From positions 26,736 through 77,203 of the forward strand of contig JBJHCF010000016.1 in assembly GCA_050506795.1 (NCBI GenBank): a DNA stretch of 50,468 bases. Reading direction: 5' to 3'. How positions within the stretch are numbered: the stretch's first letter is position 1; each line of letters begins with the position of its first letter. Origin of the DNA: Opitutia bacterium (lineage in GTDB: Bacteria > Verrucomicrobiota > Verrucomicrobiia > Opitutales > T3Sed10-336). A program made the translations under genes and the position numbers. Shown in pieces: positions 9,018 to 18,873 of the stretch. A model generated the notes under the pieces. The model was not told the DNA's origin. It saw nothing but the letters and a program-made list of their open reading frames with translations, and did not search any database.

Positions 9018-10768
9018 CTTTCGGCAACCCGGCGGCCCTTTGGGCCCTGACCGCCATTCCACTCGTCCTGCTGATCCATTTTCTGCAGCGGGAAACCCGA
9101 AGGGAAAGTGTCAGCACGCTGTTTCTCATCGAGAGATTTAACCGCGAAAGCCAGAAGGGCCGGCGTTTCGAGCGACTGCGCAATTCGAAATCGCTCTGGC
9201 TGCAAATCCTGGCCGTGCTCCTGATCACCTGGCTCCTGACAGAGCCGCGCTGGTTGCACGCCGACTCGGTGCAGCGGGTGGCGGTGGTGCTCGACGATTC
9301 CGTTTCCCTGCGCGCCTTCGTCGATCCGGACGACACCCCGCTCTCGCGGGCTCTCGCCGGCGAGCTGCGCCGCCTGGAGCGCACCGCGGCGGAGACGGAA
9401 TGGATACTGATAACCTCTTCGGGACAGCGCGGAACCCTGTACTCGGGAGTGGACCGTCGCGAACTCCTCGCCCAAGCCGACCGGTGGCGCCCGCGGACCG
9501 GCCGCCACGACGCCGGACCCGCTCTGCGCGAGGCCATCGCCGCGGCCCACCCGGGCGGCGCCGTACTTTTTGTGACCGATCGGCGGCGCCCCGACGTTCC
9601 CGAAGGCGTCGAGGTAATCGGCCTGGGGGAACCGTTCGCCAACGTCGGTTTCACCGGCCTGCGCCTGGAACGAAGGGAGGAACAACTGGTCTGGCGGGCC
9701 CTGGTGCGGAACTACGGGGACCAAACACAATCCCGGTCCTGGTGGATCGAGTTCGGCCAAGGGAGAACCGAACCCCGCGAACTTGAACTCTCTCCCGGCG
9801 GCGCGGTCTCGATAAGCGGCGCCTTTCCCGAGGAAACCGACCGCGCGGTCCTGGTCTTGAACGAAGATCGATTCTCCCTCGACGACCGTCTTCCAATCAT
9901 CCGCCCCCTGCCGAAAATCCTCCTGTTGGCCCCCGAACCGCAATCGCCGCTCGCGGAACCGCTCGCCGCGTTTCTCGACAGCCTGCCCGGTTGGCGTGCC
10001 GCGGGGCCTGGCGAAACACCCGACTTCCGCTTTGCCGCCCTCGCCGCCAACGAGGAACCCCAGGAATCCGGAGTCTTTTTCCGCCACAGCGAAGAACTTC
10101 CCGCCACCGAACAAGCCCCGGTTTTCAGCGAACGCCACCGGCTCACCGAAAACCTGTCCTGGCAGGGCCTGACCGCCGCACCCGCGGAGCCCCGGAGCCT
10201 TCAGCCCGAAGAAACCCCGCTGCTCTGGCAGGGCGACCGCCCACTGGTGCTGCTGCGCGAAGCCCAGGGAGAAAAACAGTTGCTGATCGAGTTCGACCTG
10301 CGTCACGCCAATGCCTCCCGGCTCCCCGCGTTCGTCGTTCTGCTCCATCGGTTCCTGGAGGACCTTCGCCGGGTCAAACCGGTCCACACCCGGGAAAACG
10401 TCCACACCGCCCAGCGCCTCAATCTGGCGGTCGACCCGCTGGGCGCGGATATCATCCTGCAGACCGCTGACGGAACCGCCGAACGGGTTCCCCCCTCAAG
10501 GGCCGGAATTCTGCGTGCCCCGGACGAGCCCGGGTTTTTCTCCGTGCTCCAGGGAGAGACGCCTCTCTTCGAGGCCGCCGCGCATTTCGCCGATGCGCGC
10601 ACCGCCGATTTCCGCGACGCGGAAACGTTCAATGTCCGGGCGGATCGGCAGCGGCAGCGTGAGCACGCGGAGCGCCATTCGCGGCGCGACTTCCTGGCCC
10701 CGCTCTGGATGGTCCTCCTGGGCGGCGTGCTCCTCTTGAACTGGCGCTACTCGGATCGGGAAACATGA
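9008..10768 (+). CDS. BatA N-terminal domain / vWA domain protein
   Basis: Start placed at ATG 9008 (MGLTFGNPAALWAL...LIHFL...STLFL), MIDAS-like DDSVS, FVTD, C-terminal TM. Confidence 0.88.
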   Translation: MGLTFGNPAALWALTAIPLVLLIHFLQRETRRESVSTLFLIERFNRESQKGRRFERLRNSKSLWLQILAVLLITWLLTEPRWLHADSVQRVAVVLDDSVSLRAFVDPDDTPLSRALAGELRRLERTAAETEWILITSSGQRGTLYSGVDRRELLAQADRWRPRTGRHDAGPALREAIAAAHPGGAVLFVTDRRRPDVPEGVEVIGLGEPFANVGFTGLRLERREEQLVWRALVRNYGDQTQSRSWWIEFGQGRTEPRELELSPGGAVSISGAFPEETDRAVLVLNEDRFSLDDRLPIIRPLPKILLLAPEPQSPLAEPLAAFLDSLPGWRAAGPGETPDFRFAALAANEEPQESGVFFRHSEELPATEQAPVFSERHRLTENLSWQGLTAAPAEPRSLQPEETPLLWQGDRPLVLLREAQGEKQLLIEFDLRHANASRLPAFVVLLHRFLEDLRRVKPVHTRENVHTAQRLNLAVDPLGADIILQTADGTAERVPPSRAGILRAPDEPGFFSVLQGETPLFEAAAHFADARTADFRDAETFNVRADRQRQREHAERHSRRDFLAPLWMVLLGGVLLLNWRYSDRET

Positions 10769-13482
10769 TACGCCTGGCGTCACCCGAATGGCTTCTGCTC
10801 CTGCCACTCCTCTTTGTCGCGGCCTGGCGATGGAGACCGTTGCTGGGGAAGCGTCCTTTGCGCCTCGCCTGCCTGGCCCTGGTGATCGCGTTACTGGTCC
10901 AGCCGGAACTGCGGCGGCTCCAATCCGGGCTCGACCTGTGGGTCCTCGCCGACCAGTCGGCCTCGGCCGAAGATTCCCTCCACCCGAACCTCCGGGAATG
11001 GGAATCCCTCCTGGAGCGCTCGATGGGGCGCGATGATCGCATTTACTACGTCGACTACGCCGACGAAGCCATCATGCGCGGCGACGACGAAACCCTCGCC
11101 TTCAGCGGCAATCGCAACCACACCCGCACCGCTTCCGCGCTGCGCTTCGCACTCAACCGCATGGCCTCCGACCGCGCTTCGCGGGTACTGGTGCTGAGCG
11201 ACGGCTACAGCACCGAACCCCTCGCCGACCTGGGAGAAAGGCTGCTCGAACAGCGAGTGCCCCTCGACTTTCGCCTGGCGGGGGATCCCGCCGCCATCGA
11301 CTACCGCGTCGAACGCTTCCACGCCCCCACCCGGGTGCAGCCGGCGGAGCCGTTTCTCCTGGAAATCACGTTGGCGGGCGCACCGGACAGCCGGGTCCCG
11401 TTCCTGGTTCGCCGCAACGGGGAATCCGTGGCCTCCGGTCATGTAGACGTGGTCGACGGGCGCGGCGTCTCACGGGTGATGCAGCGCTCCGCAACTCCGG
11501 GCGCGCACCGGTACCAGATCGAAATCCTGCCCGAAGAGGACGCGTACCCGGGAAACAACTACGGCGAGACCTGGGTGGAAATCTCCGGCGGACCGCGCAT
11601 CCTGGTGGTATCAGGATACCAGGACGATCCGGTGGCGGCGGTGCTCCGGCAACAGGGGTTCTCGGTGGACGTGGAAACCGATCCGGACGCTCTTCATCCC
11701 GGGCGTCTGAGCGGCGCCCGGGCGGTCATCTTCAACAACGTGCCCGCCGATCCCATCCCGCGACCCTTTATCGGCGCCCTCGACTTCTTTGTTCGCGAAC
11801 AGGGGGGCGGCCTGCTCATGGCGGGCGGGCGTCACAGCTTCGGGGCCGGAGGTTATTATGGCTCGCCTCTGGAGGACCTTCTCCCGGTCACCACCGAACT
11901 GCGCGAAGACCACCGGCGACTCTCCACCGCCGTGGCGATTGTCATGGACCGGTCCGGCAGCATGAACGCCGTGCTGCCGGGAGGCGGAGGGCGCACCAAG
12001 ATGGAGCTGGCCAACACCGGAGCGGCGACCACCATCGAACTCCTCGGCGCCACCGACGCGGTCGCGGTCTTCGCGGTCGACACCCAGGCCCACCAGGTCA
12101 TTCCCCTCACCACCCTGGACAGCGCCACCAGGCGGGAAGCGATCGCGGCGGTGAACCGCATCGCCAGCCAGGGCGGCGGCATCTACGTCTACACCGGACT
12201 CACCGCCGCCTGGGAACAACTTCAACGCGCGAGCCAGGGCCAGCGTCATATTATCCTCTTCGCCGACGCCAGAGACGCGGAAGAACCGGGCCAGTACCGC
12301 TCCCTGCTCCAAACCATGACCGACGCCGGCGTTACGGTCAGCGTGATCGGCCTGGGAACAGAACAGGACGTCGACGCCGATTTCCTCAAGGATGTCGCGA
12401 ATCGCGGGAACGGACGATATTTCTTCAGCGCCGACCCGGCCGAACTTCCCGCCATCTTCATGCAGGAAACCGTGGCCGTAGCCCGTTCCACCTTTATCGA
12501 GGATCCGACACCGCTCCAGGAAACCGCCGCCTGGACCGAAATCGCCGCGTCGCGGCTGGAGTGGCTTGAAGGGGTCGATGGATACAATCTCACCTACCTG
12601 CGCGAGGAAGGCGCGGCGGCGGCGTATGCGCTCGACGAATACGACGCCCCCCTGGTTGCGCACACCCGTCGCGGCCTCGGGCGCACCGCCGCGGTCACCT
12701 TCCCCCTCGGCGGCGATTTTTCGCAACGCGTCCGGGCCTGGCCGCAATACGGCGATTTCATTCAGACCCTCACCCGTTGGCTGATGGGCGAAGAAACGCC
12801 CCGCGGCATTTCCCTGCGCACTCGGGTTGAAGGTGAAATCCTGCACATGGAACTGCTCTACGGCGACGACTGGGAAGAACGCCTCGCCCGCGCGGCTCCC
12901 GAACTGCGATTGGCGGTACGCACCCGGGAGGATACCGTGGCCCTCCCGTGGGAACGTCTGGAGCCCGGCCGTTTCCGCGCCGCCTATCCCCTCCAGGCCT
13001 CCGATTGGGTGCGCGGCGCCGTCCGGGCCGGCGATCACGCCCTGTCGTTCGGACCGGTGGTCACCGGCGTTAGCCCGGAATGGGCCTTTGATCGCACGCG
13101 GGCCACCGAATTGCGCAACCTCGCCCGGCTGACCGGTGGCGAGGAACGCCTCGATCTCTCCGCCACCTGGTCCGCGCCCCGCCGGCCCGCGTTTGCCGAT
13201 CTGCGCCCCTGGCTGTTGTTGGCGCTTCTCGTCCTTCTCTTATTGGAAGCCCTGCAAACCCGCATGGGTGGACGCCTGCGCGCGGTCACCGCCGACGTGG
13301 CCGAACCGGGGGTCACCCCCTTTGCGCCCATTCCCAAACCCAGCCGACGCCGAAGCCGAAGGATCCCTCGCGTTGAAACTCCGCCAGCCGAATCCACGCC
13401 TCCCCAACCATCGGACGACTCGGCTCCGCCTCCCGACATACGGCGTCGCCGTTTCCTTCAGGCAAAACGCCGGGGAAAGTAG
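10765..13482 (+). CDS. Membrane-anchored double vWA + GATase1-like domain protein
   Basis: DQSASA and LSDG; GGGLLMAGG..SFGAGGY..SPLEDLLPV; MIDAS DRSGSM; C-terminal TM and Pro/Arg-rich tail. Confidence 0.9.
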   Translation: MIRLASPEWLLLLPLLFVAAWRWRPLLGKRPLRLACLALVIALLVQPELRRLQSGLDLWVLADQSASAEDSLHPNLREWESLLERSMGRDDRIYYVDYADEAIMRGDDETLAFSGNRNHTRTASALRFALNRMASDRASRVLVLSDGYSTEPLADLGERLLEQRVPLDFRLAGDPAAIDYRVERFHAPTRVQPAEPFLLEITLAGAPDSRVPFLVRRNGESVASGHVDVVDGRGVSRVMQRSATPGAHRYQIEILPEEDAYPGNNYGETWVEISGGPRILVVSGYQDDPVAAVLRQQGFSVDVETDPDALHPGRLSGARAVIFNNVPADPIPRPFIGALDFFVREQGGGLLMAGGRHSFGAGGYYGSPLEDLLPVTTELREDHRRLSTAVAIVMDRSGSMNAVLPGGGGRTKMELANTGAATTIELLGATDAVAVFAVDTQAHQVIPLTTLDSATRREAIAAVNRIASQGGGIYVYTGLTAAWEQLQRASQGQRHIILFADARDAEEPGQYRSLLQTMTDAGVTVSVIGLGTEQDVDADFLKDVANRGNGRYFFSADPAELPAIFMQETVAVARSTFIEDPTPLQETAAWTEIAASRLEWLEGVDGYNLTYLREEGAAAAYALDEYDAPLVAHTRRGLGRTAAVTFPLGGDFSQRVRAWPQYGDFIQTLTRWLMGEETPRGISLRTRVEGEILHMELLYGDDWEERLARAAPELRLAVRTREDTVALPWERLEPGRFRAAYPLQASDWVRGAVRAGDHALSFGPVVTGVSPEWAFDRTRATELRNLARLTGGEERLDLSATWSAPRRPAFADLRPWLLLALLVLLLLEALQTRMGGRLRAVTADVAEPGVTPFAPIPKPSRRRSRRIPRVETPPAESTPPQPSDDSAPPPDIRRRRFLQAKRRGK

Positions 13483-13652
13483 GCGGTGGTTTTCTTATTT
13501 CATCCGAAGAAATTTGTTACAGCCCGGTTAATGTTCCATTGACTTCACCATGAACCCGATATCTAATCTCCCTGACCCGCGCGGTGTATGGAATGCTCCA
13601 GCCGGGCCAACTTCTCTAAACCGCCGGCATCGGCAAAACCACCACCTAGACT

Positions 13653-14189
13653 ATGAAAAAAATCCTCCTTGCCGCAGCGTCCTTGCTGCTCGTAACTCAA
13701 TTGGCATTCGCTGACCGTCCGTTTCAGGCGGCTCTGACTCCCGATATCGCCATCGTTCCCCGCGGGGAACCGGTTCGCGGCCTGGCCCTGAATATCTGGG
13801 GTGAAAACGAAGTCCGCGGCGTCAGTTTTGGTCTGGTCAACGGACACGTCGGTCAAAGCGCCGGATTCAGCTATTCCTACATCGGAACCTACGCTGAAGA
13901 CTACACCGGTGTCATCTGGGGCGGCTTTTTCACCTACACAACCGGTGATGTTCTGGGCTGGCAGTCGGCGATGGTGAACATTTCCCGCGGTTCCTTCACC
14001 GGCTTGCAGACCGGTTTCGTCAACTACGGCAACGAAGTCAAAGGCCTGCAGCTTGGGTTTGTGAACTACGCCGAAAACCTGCAAGGGGTGCAGGTCGGAC
14101 TCGCCAACATCGCGATGAACAATACCTGGTTCACCGGCCTGCCCCGCGACCTCGCAACCGGCTTCCCGTTTGTCAACTGGTCCTTCTAA
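13653..14189 (+). CDS. Secreted glycine-rich repeat protein (LA_2272-like beta-solenoid)
   Basis: Signal peptide, repeated GLQxGxVN units, ends PFVNWSF. Confidence 0.8.
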   Translation: MKKILLAAASLLLVTQLAFADRPFQAALTPDIAIVPRGEPVRGLALNIWGENEVRGVSFGLVNGHVGQSAGFSYSYIGTYAEDYTGVIWGGFFTYTTGDVLGWQSAMVNISRGSFTGLQTGFVNYGNEVKGLQLGFVNYAENLQGVQVGLANIAMNNTWFTGLPRDLATGFPFVNWSF

Positions 14190-14220
14190 GCGGAATTGAT
14201 CGGGCAATACCTGATTTCTC

Positions 14221-14254
14221 AAAAAAGGCGCTCCTTACTCGGAGCGCCTTTTTT
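14221..14254. terminator. Rho-independent (bidirectional) terminator
   Basis: A6-GGCGCTCC-ttactc-GGAGCGCC-T6. Confidence 0.9.
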
Positions 14255-14383
14255 ACGTGAAGGGAGCCGGAATCAACCCGGCGGGCACGCCTTCCCCGAC
14301 CCAAAAACCGTGGTTCACCTCACGACTCGACATTTGCCGCGGGTAGGTCTATTTAGAGGATTCATTTTTCGTCCTTTCATCAC

Positions 14384-15154
14384 ATGAAACTGAGACCCGG
14401 ATTTTTCATCGTGCTCGGCGTGCTCCTGGCTGTGGCAGCAGGGGTTTGGCTCTACGACTGGGTTCTCGGCCCTACCGAGGAGGCCAGTGAACCCCTCCGC
14501 GCCGATCCCGTCTTGAGCGACGATGCGCAACAAACCGATTCTCCGGAGATCGCATCCGGAGCCCGTACCACCTTTGAGATCGTATCGGAGGCCTCCGAGG
14601 TCCGCTTCATCATCTTCGAAGAGCTGCGCGGGGAACCCGTCGATGTCGTCGGGATCAGCAATCAGGTGGCCGGACAATTCCTGGTCGACTTCGCCAATCC
14701 GGCCAACTCCCGGATGGGTACCATTCGTATCAACGCCCGGACCTTCGTCACCGACGAAGAACGCCGCGACCGTGCCACCCGCAACCGCATCCTCTACACC
14801 GACGACTTCGAGTACATCACCTTCGTCCCGGATGAAATCATCGGCCTCAACGGCGCTATCAGCGAAGGAGACCCAGTCGAATTCACCGTCAGCGGCAACC
14901 TCACCATTCGCGACCTGACCCGGCCGGCGGTATTCGAAGCCTCCATGACCTTCGCTTCCCCGGAGCTTCTCCTGGGCGAAGCCCGCACCACGGTCAGCCG
15001 TCAGGACTTCGACCTGGTCGTGCCCAATCTGCCATTTCTCGCCAACGTGGCCGACGAAGTTCGCCTGGAATTTGCAGGCGAATTGCGCCCGGTCGTGAGG
15101 TCCGCAACCCCCGTCACCTCGGAGGCCCAAAATGAATCAAACCGCTCCCAATAA
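14384..15154 (+). CDS. YceI-like polyisoprenoid-binding protein with N-terminal anchor
   Basis: SEVRF, RRD..RNRIL.TDDFEYITF, GNLTIRD.TRP, RQDFDL. Confidence 0.85.
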   Translation: MKLRPGFFIVLGVLLAVAAGVWLYDWVLGPTEEASEPLRADPVLSDDAQQTDSPEIASGARTTFEIVSEASEVRFIIFEELRGEPVDVVGISNQVAGQFLVDFANPANSRMGTIRINARTFVTDEERRDRATRNRILYTDDFEYITFVPDEIIGLNGAISEGDPVEFTVSGNLTIRDLTRPAVFEASMTFASPELLLGEARTTVSRQDFDLVVPNLPFLANVADEVRLEFAGELRPVVRSATPVTSEAQNESNRSQ

Positions 15155-15539
15155 AACCCTCGTCCTTTGGGTCATCTGGGCCGCCATGCTGGCGGCCCTT
15201 TTCAAGTTTCAATTTTTCCTCGGCGGCGGACTCCCATCGGGCGAAGACGACGGCATGGCCGATCTGCCTTTTCTCGCCATGGCCATCGGCGCCCTCCTGG
15301 CCTCCACCGCCATCCGATGGATCGTGCTGCCCCGGCAAAAGAGCGAAGACGCGGTCCTGGTCACTATGATCATCGGTATCGCCCTGGCGGAATCGGCGCA
15401 GTTCTTCCAGCTTTTCCTCATTGGCGACGCCTACCCTCAGACCCAATTGACGATTTTCGTCTTCGCCGTGCTGGGGGTGGCTCAGTTCGTCCCGATCTAC
15501 GCGGGAAAGCTCCAAACCGGGACGGGACGGAATTCCTGA
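15132..15539 (+). CDS. Hypothetical 4-TM membrane protein
   Basis: 135 aa, four hydrophobic segments, IIGIALAE motif. Confidence 0.75.
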   Translation: MNQTAPNKTLVLWVIWAAMLAALFKFQFFLGGGLPSGEDDGMADLPFLAMAIGALLASTAIRWIVLPRQKSEDAVLVTMIIGIALAESAQFFQLFLIGDAYPQTQLTIFVFAVLGVAQFVPIYAGKLQTGTGRNS

Positions 15540-15596
15540 CCAGAACCGGGCAGGTTGTCCTTGCCGACCGTGGGCGTTCCCCTCAGTCATGAAACC

Positions 15597-17450
15597 ATGG
15601 CAAACGAAGCCCTCCTCCTCGGTCTCCTGCTGCTGATCGCCCTCGGGGGTTTTGTATCCGGAATTCTCCGCTACGACCTCGTGGCGTTGCTCACCCTGAT
15701 CGCCGCCACCCTGATCGGTCTGGTGCCGATGAACCAGGCCTTTTACGGCTTCGGCCATCCGGCGGTCATCACCGTGGCGGCCGTGCTGGTAATCAGTCGC
15801 GCCTTTTTCCAATCGGGTCTGGTCGACCTGATTTCACAGGCAGCCCGGCACGCCGGCAAAAACCCCATGCTGCAACTGTTGAGCCTGACCACCGCCGTGG
15901 CTTTTCTATCCGCCTTTATGAACAATGTCGGCGCGCTGGCGCTGATGCTGCCGGTAGCGCTCAAAATGGCGCGGGAGAACAAGATTCCCGCCTCGAAATT
16001 GCTCATGCCGCTGTCCTTCGGCTCCCTGCTCGGCGGCCTGACCACCCTGATCGGCACGCCGCCCAACATCATTGTCGCCACCTATTGGGGCGAGGTCAGC
16101 GGCGAGCCCTTCGGCCTCTTCGACTTCGCTCCCGTCGGACTGGGAGTCGCCCTCGCCGGCATCCTCTTCATGACCCTGATCGGCTGGCGACTGCTCCCCG
16201 AACGCAAGGGACAGGCCTCCGCCGAAGACCGGTTCGAAATCGATTCCTACCTCGGCGAGCTGCGGGTGACGGAGGATTCCAAAGCCGTTGGCCAGACCTT
16301 GACCCAGCTCCAAACCGATATCGACGGCGCCCCGCCCATCCTGGCAGTAGTGAGGAACGAGGAACGAATCCCCGCCCACCGCTTTCACGGTATCCTCGTG
16401 GAAGACGACATCCTTATGGTGGAAGGGGAAACCGAGGAGATCGAAACCCTCGCCAACAAAGCCAAGCTGGCGATCGGATTCGATCCCGAGGAAGACAAAG
16501 AAGGGGAAAACAATAAGGAAAAAACGGATACCGACAGGAAAACCAAAAAAGAACGTGACAACAAAAACCCGGACGAAAAACCGGCCCGCACCGGAAGCCT
16601 CAGTCTGGGCGAAGCCGTGGTCATGGCCCATTCCCGGCTCATCGGCCGGTCCGCCGCCCAACTGCGTCTGCTGGAACGTTACGGGCTGAACCTGATCGCC
16701 GTGGCGCGCCAGGGACGGCGCCTGAAGGGTCGGGTACGCGACGTTCGATTCAAAAACGGGGATGTGCTGCTGCTGGAGGGCGAAGAGGCGACCTTGCTGG
16801 AACAATTGCCCGAACTGGGCTGCCTGCCTCTGGCCGACCGCGAACTCAAACTGGGCAAGCCGCGCAAGCTTCTGCTGTCAGCCGCCATTTTCGCCGGAGC
16901 CGTAACCGCTATCCTCGGCGGCTGGCTCACCGCGCCGGTGGCGCTGGTCACCGCCGCCGCCCTGATGATCCTGACCGGGGTGATCGATCTGCGCTCGGCC
17001 TATGCCGGCATCGACTGGCCGGTCCTGGTCCTGCTCGGCTGCATGATCCCGGTGGGACAGGCGCTGGAGACCACCGGCGGCGCCGCCTGGCTGGCCGAGC
17101 AACTCCTTGTCCTCGGCAACCACTGGCCCGCGGTGGCGACCCTGGCGGTGTTACTGCTGCTCACCATGTTCCTTTCCGACATCATCAACAACGCCGCCGC
17201 GGCCATTCTCATGGCCCCCATCGCCCTCAGCCTCGCCGCCGGCCTCGAGGTCGCCCCCGAAGCCTTTCTCATGGCGGTGGCCGTCGGCGCCTCCTGCGCC
17301 TTCCTCACCCCCATCGGCCACCAGTCCAACACCCTCGTCCTCGGCCCCGGCGGCTACCGCTTCTCCGACTACTGGAAACTCGGCCTCCCCGTGCAGATCC
17401 TGGTTTTCGTCGTCGCCCTCCCCCTCCTCCTCTGGGCCTGGCCACTGTGA
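15597..17450 (+). CDS. SLC13/CitMHS-family permease with two TrkA-C domains
   Basis: SAFMNNVG, GG..TLIGTPPNII, FLTPIGHQSNTLVLGPGGYRFSDY. ATG 15597 preferred over TTG 15555. Confidence 0.92.
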   Translation: MANEALLLGLLLLIALGGFVSGILRYDLVALLTLIAATLIGLVPMNQAFYGFGHPAVITVAAVLVISRAFFQSGLVDLISQAARHAGKNPMLQLLSLTTAVAFLSAFMNNVGALALMLPVALKMARENKIPASKLLMPLSFGSLLGGLTTLIGTPPNIIVATYWGEVSGEPFGLFDFAPVGLGVALAGILFMTLIGWRLLPERKGQASAEDRFEIDSYLGELRVTEDSKAVGQTLTQLQTDIDGAPPILAVVRNEERIPAHRFHGILVEDDILMVEGETEEIETLANKAKLAIGFDPEEDKEGENNKEKTDTDRKTKKERDNKNPDEKPARTGSLSLGEAVVMAHSRLIGRSAAQLRLLERYGLNLIAVARQGRRLKGRVRDVRFKNGDVLLLEGEEATLLEQLPELGCLPLADRELKLGKPRKLLLSAAIFAGAVTAILGGWLTAPVALVTAAALMILTGVIDLRSAYAGIDWPVLVLLGCMIPVGQALETTGGAAWLAEQLLVLGNHWPAVATLAVLLLLTMFLSDIINNAAAAILMAPIALSLAAGLEVAPEAFLMAVAVGASCAFLTPIGHQSNTLVLGPGGYRFSDYWKLGLPVQILVFVVALPLLLWAWPL

Positions 17451-17625
17451 GGGTGAGGGCGGGGTGGGCGGCGAGGGGCGAAGAAACTGGGAAAAGCATT
17501 GCTGAACCGGGGAGGTTTGTCACACGGAGACACTCCCTCGACGAGCTAGTGTCAATCAGTGGTTATTAAAACTGATTTCTTTAGTCCCTTAATTCTGAAA
17601 TCGTGCGCAAATCGAGCAAGGTTTA

Positions 17626-17813
17626 TGGAGGGCCATGCTCCCGCATGGCCCCGGGGTCGCCCCGCAAGCGGCCGTGGCGACCGCTTCCCTTCGCAACGGC
17701 CACCACGTCAGGCACACCTTCCGGCGGCGCGGGAGCGCCGCCCTCCACGTAACGGAAGCGAACACGTAGGAGTCGTAAACATTGCCGCGGCGGCGCGGGA
17801 GCGCCGCCCTCCA
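17626..17813. repeat. Cluster of three 25-nt TGGAG-stem-TCCC-stem REP elements
   Basis: TGGAGGGCCATGCTCCCGCATGGCC (17626-17650, +) and TGGAGGGCGGCGCTCCCGCGCCGCC (17723-17747 and 17789-17813, -). Confidence 0.85.
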
Positions 17814-17965
17814 CCTAACTCCTGATGGGTACCGGCTCCGCCGGGTTGGGATAGAGGCGGGCCTCCATCTGGGGCGCGGCGGTTTCTAAAGTTTTCCACG
17901 GTTAGTCCGCATTAATTCGGATTAAGGTGCATTTCTTACGGTGGGCTACACCAGGTCATCCGCGG

Positions 17966-18811
17966 TCAAGTGCCCCCGGTCTTCGGCATTTCTTTCACAT
18001 AGATATCGCGCTGCGGATAAGGAATCTGGATACCGTATTTCTTGAATTTCTTCCAGATGAGGAAATTGACGGTGCTGAAAAGCAGCTTGGGACGGTGGTA
18101 AAGAGAATCGGTCCAGACGCGGAGTTCGAAATCGACGGAGGAATCCCCGAAACCAATCAGCCGCACCGCCGGCGCCGGCTCCTTGAGCACATCCCCGCAT
18201 TCGGAAGCGGCTTCCAGCAACGCTTTTTGCACCAATTCGACGTCGCTCTCGTAGTGAACTCCGACCGGGATTTTGAAGCGCACCTTTTTGTCGTGGTAGC
18301 TGAGGTTGGTCACCTGGTTGGAGATGAACTGGGAGTTCGGCACGATGATATCGATATTGTCGTTGGTACGCACCGTCGTGCTGCGGGCGCGGATCTCCAC
18401 CACCGTGCCGAATACCCCCGCCACTTCAATCCGGTCGGTCACCTTGATCGGACGCTCGATGAGCAGAATCAGTCCGCTGAAGAAATTGTCGGCCACGTTC
18501 CGCAACCCGAACCCCACGCCGAACGAAAGGGCTCCCAGGACCACCACCAGGGTGTTGATATTGAACCCGGGTGCCATAACGGGCAGAATCACCAGCACCC
18601 CAATCAGCAGGAGCGCGTAACCGATCAAAGCCCCCACCGCCGCACTGACGCCCTCGGTCAGGCCGAGCCGCGGGAAGACCCTTCGCTGCAAAAGCCCGCG
18701 CACCCGGGTCACTACCAGAAAGAGGGCCGCCAGCAGCAAAATACCCACCAGGAGTGAACGGGGCGTGACCACGATGTCCCCGATTTCCACCGCACGATTC
18801 CAAAATTCCAT
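17966..18811 (-). CDS. mscS: Small-conductance mechanosensitive channel MscS family
   Basis: GALSFGVGFGLRN..NFFSGLILLIERPIKV.D, IIVPNS, GDSSVDFEL, IPYPQRD. Confidence 0.93.
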   Translation of the reverse strand: MEFWNRAVEIGDIVVTPRSLLVGILLLAALFLVVTRVRGLLQRRVFPRLGLTEGVSAAVGALIGYALLLIGVLVILPVMAPGFNINTLVVVLGALSFGVGFGLRNVADNFFSGLILLIERPIKVTDRIEVAGVFGTVVEIRARSTTVRTNDNIDIIVPNSQFISNQVTNLSYHDKKVRFKIPVGVHYESDVELVQKALLEAASECGDVLKEPAPAVRLIGFGDSSVDFELRVWTDSLYHRPKLLFSTVNFLIWKKFKKYGIQIPYPQRDIYVKEMPKTGGT

Positions 18812-18873
18812 GCCGAGGATAGAAACAGGATCCCCGACTTAATGCGAGCCCGGGAATCGCCCGGACTGGGCCC

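Noticed and set aside
16480..16590. A-rich stretch in the SLC13 gene as a foreign insertion or phase-variable tract
   Set aside because: Frame is intact; it is simply a Lys/Glu/Asp-rich linker between TrkA-C domains.
17545..17577. CTAGTGTC... as a transposon end
   Set aside because: No matching second end, target duplication or transposase.
17626..17813. CRISPR array
   Set aside because: Only two direct copies plus an inverted variant, dispersed elsewhere in the window, and no cas genes.
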